NCBI GenBank assembly: GCA_052426225.1
Contig: JBNJNM010000011.1
Span: 1,612,001 to 1,676,000, forward strand
Direction of reading: 5' to 3'
Origin: Zancudomyces culisetae HAW-14-8
Lineage: Eukaryota; Fungi; Kickxellomycota
Length of the DNA stretch: 64,000 nt
The notes below the pieces were generated by a model, which was not told where the DNA came from, searched no databases, and saw only the letters and a program-made list of their open reading frames with translations. This document shows, piece after piece, positions 60,152-64,000 of the stretch (its first letter is position 1; each line of letters opens with the position of its first letter). The position numbers were made by a program, and so were the translations under genes.

Positions 60152-63100
60152 ATGGCGATAGAACAAACCACACATTCTGAAGCACAGCAAGTAATCCAAA
60201 CACAACAGAAAACGTCCGAAAATAATGAAATCCCAACAATTAACCCTAAACAACTCGAATTACCACAACAAGCGCCCAGTAGTTCAACAGATAAAGGGGG
60301 AGTTAAAACTCGAGCGCAAAGTAGAGGTACAGCCAATTTGAAAAACTTTTTTAAATCTATTTCGAATACCAAGAAACAACACCAACAAATCGATAGTGGT
60401 ACAGAGAATTTCAACAGAAATAGCGACGGCAATCAAAGTACCAATTTGGCTGAATCGCTTGGTCGCAGCTCTGCAGGCGTACAGCGTGTGAAAACTGAAA
60501 ATAGAAGTACTGATGGCGACATTGTTGAATCGCCTTTCACTCCGAAGTCTGAAGAAGGGGTGGAGAAAAATATAAATATAAATACATATGAAAACACAAA
60601 TGAAAATGAAAATGGTGATTTTGAAAATTCCAATCACGTAGAGACAGAATCGACTACAGTACATCGCGGTAGAGGTCGTGGTAGAGGTAGGGGGAGAGGC
60701 AGGGGCAGAGGTGTAGGTACAAGTAAAGTTGTGACTGTAGGAAGAGGTAGGGGTAGAGGCAGAGGCAGGGGTAGAGGTAGAGGTAGAGGTAGGGGTGCAA
60801 GAGGTGGATCTTCAAAGGTAGAGGAAGATGTGGGTAATGATGCACCTGAAAATGCGGAAGATTTGACGGCGGAACAGGCTACTCTGTATAGTGAAAGTCC
60901 TGAAGTCCTGAATCATACAGGTGGCGATACCATTGATGACAATGTGGTTAACGGTAATGTCGTTAATGATGATGCTGTTGATGGTGATTATATGGATATT
61001 GATAGCGATAAGGCATCCAGAGGAGATTCAGGTAGGGGTAGAGGCAGAGGAAGAGGAAGAGGAAGAGGGCGAGGTAGAGGCAGAGGTAGAGGTAGAGGCA
61101 AAGTGGTTGGCACGCAGGATGAGCGAGAAGAAGTAGCGACTAGCGATGTTAAGAGTGGTAGAGGAAGTAGGGGAAGTACAGGTGGTAGGGGCAGTAGAGG
61201 CAGTAGAGGCGGTAAACGTGGTAGGGGCAGACCCAAATCTACTAATGCTACCACTCCTGACAAACCAAAAGAGAGAAAAGTGATATATTATGATGACGAA
61301 CAAGAAGCCGAAGAACAAGAAGAATTTTATGAGGACCACGACGAAGATTCAGATGAATATGTTCCACCAGAAGCATCCAAACCCGACCAAGACTCTGATT
61401 TTGATATGGGGGATGCTGACCAAGACGAACTCGAAAATGATTTAGGTGACGCAGGTAGTGAACCAGAGCAAGATGATGACATGGACGTAGACGAGCATGA
61501 TGATAGGCGCAGCTCACGAGGTAAACGTAAAAATGCCAAAGAGCCTAAAAGAACGAAAAAAGCAGGGAAAGTTTCGTTGGGTGCAAGTTCTGACAAGAAA
61601 TCCAGAGAGTTCCCGCTCAGAAGCGTGTACCAAACGCACCGAACTGTGGCTAAATACAGGGAGCATATTGATCTTGTGAATACGAACGTATGGCTCAAGG
61701 ATGGTCGGCAAGTAAAAAAGGAATATTTGATGCAATGTTATCTTGATGATATGGATAGTGAAAGCGTGAGATTGTATCGGAAAGAAATTTCGGCGTTCTC
61801 TGGGAAAAAAAATTCAGTGCAGGCGCCCAAGGCTGTATCGAGAAAGAGCGGGATAAGAATTACGTTATTTGACAAACGAATAATAACTGATGTTCCGCTA
61901 CTGCGGGTGGCACAGTCGAAAAAGTCATTTGAGATAATGTCGAGTATAGCAAGTTACTGCGGGGACAATAAGGCTTTAGAGAGATACTTTATGTGGCAAA
62001 GCATAACAGATGATCAGAAGCTCGAGTTATATGCGCCAAATGGTGACCCACAGGGTATCAATTTGAAAGTGATTCAAGGTGATGGGAATGTAGATGTATC
62101 AGCAATAACCAAAAGCAAAAAGGGTAAAACTGGTAAAAATGAAAAGGGTGACAAGGGTGATAATAAAAAGCAAAATTGTACAAAGGACACACAGAACGGT
62201 ACAGTGGAAATAGAATGCCAGGTAAAGGACTTTGAAGCTGTCGAATTTAAAAATGATAACAACAAGGAGACCAGAGTGGCGAATACGAATTTACTGATTC
62301 GGGCGATGGATTGGTGCCCACAATCTGACGAAACATGCACGTCATTTTTGGCAGTTGGGGGCATCAAAAAAGAGGCAGAAGTTACTCAAATTAACGGTAG
62401 ACCCTTTTCTGCGTTCAACCAACAATTATCGTTTTCTTCGGACGGAGATGGTACAAACAGGGGAATCTATCAGGACAATGTGATTCAGATATGGCAGTAT
62501 AACGAAACGGCGTTGAGGTTACGCTTGGTTATAGTACATGATAGAGGCGCAGTTTGGGGTCTCAAGTGGTGTCCGCTTCGACCAAATAATAACCTAAGTG
62601 ATTATTTCAGTATGCTAAGACTGTCAAAGCTGATTTTGGATAATACAAAAGTGACAAATAAATTGAAAAGGCAGGTTTCAGGGTTTGCGGAAACAAATGA
62701 GATTTATAAATCGAATAAATACAAACATATAGGAATACTGGCAGCGATGTTTGGTGATGGAACTGCAGCGGTGTTTGTAGTTCCGCACCCAAATACCATT
62801 TCTACAGACAAGCAAACAGCTGAGTATATAAATATGCCAGTTTTGCTTATGGATATCAGAATGCCTGGAACTACTATTATGAAGTTGGAATGGCTTGGGT
62901 GCGATCGAATTGTAACGTTTGGGTACAATGGATCCATGGCAATTTGGAGTGTTTCTAGTCACGTTTATAATTGCACCAAAGACCTAGATTTAGTTGAAGC
63001 TATACCTCCACACAATTCTCAGAGAGCATCACCTGCAGTTCCTCAGCTTTATACATCCACAACTTGTAAAACCATTTTGTCATCGAGCGCTCTTCCACCT

Positions 63101-64000
63101 ACAGCTTTGGTAAAAAAACTGTCACATGAAGATCTTTTACAGTTATATTTTGCCAAGGATTTAAATAGCAGTGAAGCCGCAACGGAAAAAAATAAAGAAA
63201 AGAGTTTGAAAAAACCAAAGTTAAATGCGACTAGGCATGAAATACTACAATTATTAAAGACCAGCATTAAGGGGCCAGTTGGAATTTTCCCATTGGAGAG
63301 GGCGCATTTCTTGGTTGGAACGACAGAGGGGGATGTAAATTTACTCGCCTTAGACCTACAGTCAACTAGCAAACCAACGCAGCAGTATCTTGTAAGTGCT
63401 GGTCTGGACTACCGGTATGCAGTCAGCTGGACTAGAGGAGGACAGATGGCATTGCTTTCTGACCCATATCATGAGCTTAGAGCTGGACCAACAATTCTGA
63501 TCCCTGGGATTTACGAGCTGTATGATACTATTAGACGGCAAGAAAGTCCCACACTAAACTACCTTCGTGATCGTGATGAAAAAAAGACAGAAAATCCGAC
63601 GTATATATTTGGGATTGCACCATTTATTAAATCGATTGATTCTACTAAATGTGCAGCAACTGAACTTCATGTATCAATCTCAAGATATGGTAAATACTTG
63701 CCACATCAACAGCAAAAGAATACTGATGCAGCTACTGGTTCTACAACAAAAATTGTGAAAACGAATAACTCAAAAACCGATATTTCAAAGGAGGATGTCG
63801 ATGACCAAGTTGCACTGATCATTGAGGAAATGGAAAGAATGGGAAATTCTACAGGCAACAAAAGTATTGGCAATACTCAAGCGAATTCATCTACAATCGA
63901 CAACACTGATAACACAAGCGCCCAAGCCGGCCTTGTAAACATATTAATGGCAACAACTACATGGTTTGCGCAACACAGGTCGTATTTAACCGATATAGCA
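60152..64000 (+). CDS. TFC6: TFIIIC subunit Tfc6/GTF3C2-like (RG-repeat and acidic N-terminus, WD40); runs off the window end
   Basis: Frame from ATG 60152 is in phase with the last codon at 64000 and has no stop that I found, which explains its absence from the ORF track. Motifs IRAMDWCP..FLAVGG, VIQIW, HDRGAVWGLKWCP, IGILAAMFGDG.AAVFVVPHP, and AT-hook-like RGRGRPK. Confidence 0.82.
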   Translation, partial: MAIEQTTHSEAQQVIQTQQKTSENNEIPTINPKQLELPQQAPSSSTDKGGVKTRAQSRGTANLKNFFKSISNTKKQHQQIDSGTENFNRNSDGNQSTNLAESLGRSSAGVQRVKTENRSTDGDIVESPFTPKSEEGVEKNININTYENTNENENGDFENSNHVETESTTVHRGRGRGRGRGRGRGRGVGTSKVVTVGRGRGRGRGRGRGRGRGRGARGGSSKVEEDVGNDAPENAEDLTAEQATLYSESPEVLNHTGGDTIDDNVVNGNVVNDDAVDGDYMDIDSDKASRGDSGRGRGRGRGRGRGRGRGRGRGRGKVVGTQDEREEVATSDVKSGRGSRGSTGGRGSRGSRGGKRGRGRPKSTNATTPDKPKERKVIYYDDEQEAEEQEEFYEDHDEDSDEYVPPEASKPDQDSDFDMGDADQDELENDLGDAGSEPEQDDDMDVDEHDDRRSSRGKRKNAKEPKRTKKAGKVSLGASSDKKSREFPLRSVYQTHRTVAKYREHIDLVNTNVWLKDGRQVKKEYLMQCYLDDMDSESVRLYRKEISAFSGKKNSVQAPKAVSRKSGIRITLFDKRIITDVPLLRVAQSKKSFEIMSSIASYCGDNKALERYFMWQSITDDQKLELYAPNGDPQGINLKVIQGDGNVDVSAITKSKKGKTGKNEKGDKGDNKKQNCTKDTQNGTVEIECQVKDFEAVEFKNDNNKETRVANTNLLIRAMDWCPQSDETCTSFLAVGGIKKEAEVTQINGRPFSAFNQQLSFSSDGDGTNRGIYQDNVIQIWQYNETALRLRLVIVHDRGAVWGLKWCPLRPNNNLSDYFSMLRLSKLILDNTKVTNKLKRQVSGFAETNEIYKSNKYKHIGILAAMFGDGTAAVFVVPHPNTISTDKQTAEYINMPVLLMDIRMPGTTIMKLEWLGCDRIVTFGYNGSMAIWSVSSHVYNCTKDLDLVEAIPPHNSQRASPAVPQLYTSTTCKTILSSSALPPTALVKKLSHEDLLQLYFAKDLNSSEAATEKNKEKSLKKPKLNATRHEILQLLKTSIKGPVGIFPLERAHFLVGTTEGDVNLLALDLQSTSKPTQQYLVSAGLDYRYAVSWTRGGQMALLSDPYHELRAGPTILIPGIYELYDTIRRQESPTLNYLRDRDEKKTENPTYIFGIAPFIKSIDSTKCAATELHVSISRYGKYLPHQQQKNTDAATGSTTKIVKTNNSKTDISKEDVDDQVALIIEEMERMGNSTGNKSIGNTQANSSTIDNTDNTSAQAGLVNILMATTTWFAQHRSYLTDIA

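Overview
AT-rich, intron-containing eukaryotic DNA. Gene content, short GT-AG introns and the fungal-type H3 point to a fungus, probably an early-diverging zygomycete-type lineage (inference). Positions 489-5019 hold a complete, apparently young DIRS1-type tyrosine-recombinase retrotransposon with inverted terminal repeats, an internal complementary region (ICR) that copies the circle junction, and TTA at both ends. Its recombinase frame stays open for 1237 codons across both gag and pol. The rest is mostly housekeeping genes: NAA15/NAT1, PDCD2/TSR4, STI1, TMEM135-like, RBM39-like, myosin regulatory light chain, RPA12, CCA1, MED19 (reconstructed by hand), a divergent H3/H4 pair, a CCCH/Smr protein, a LYR protein, ARP8, cyclophilin E, an SGNH pseudo-hydrolase, an Msp1/ATAD1-like AAA ATPase, and a 3'-truncated TFC6. 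Other notable signals are RPA12 and CCA1 stop codons overlapping in one CTAG, E2F-like and SBF-like motifs in promoters, and a 5'-purine to 3'-pyrimidine polarity inside long genes. All family calls come from motif recognition by eye; no database search was run.
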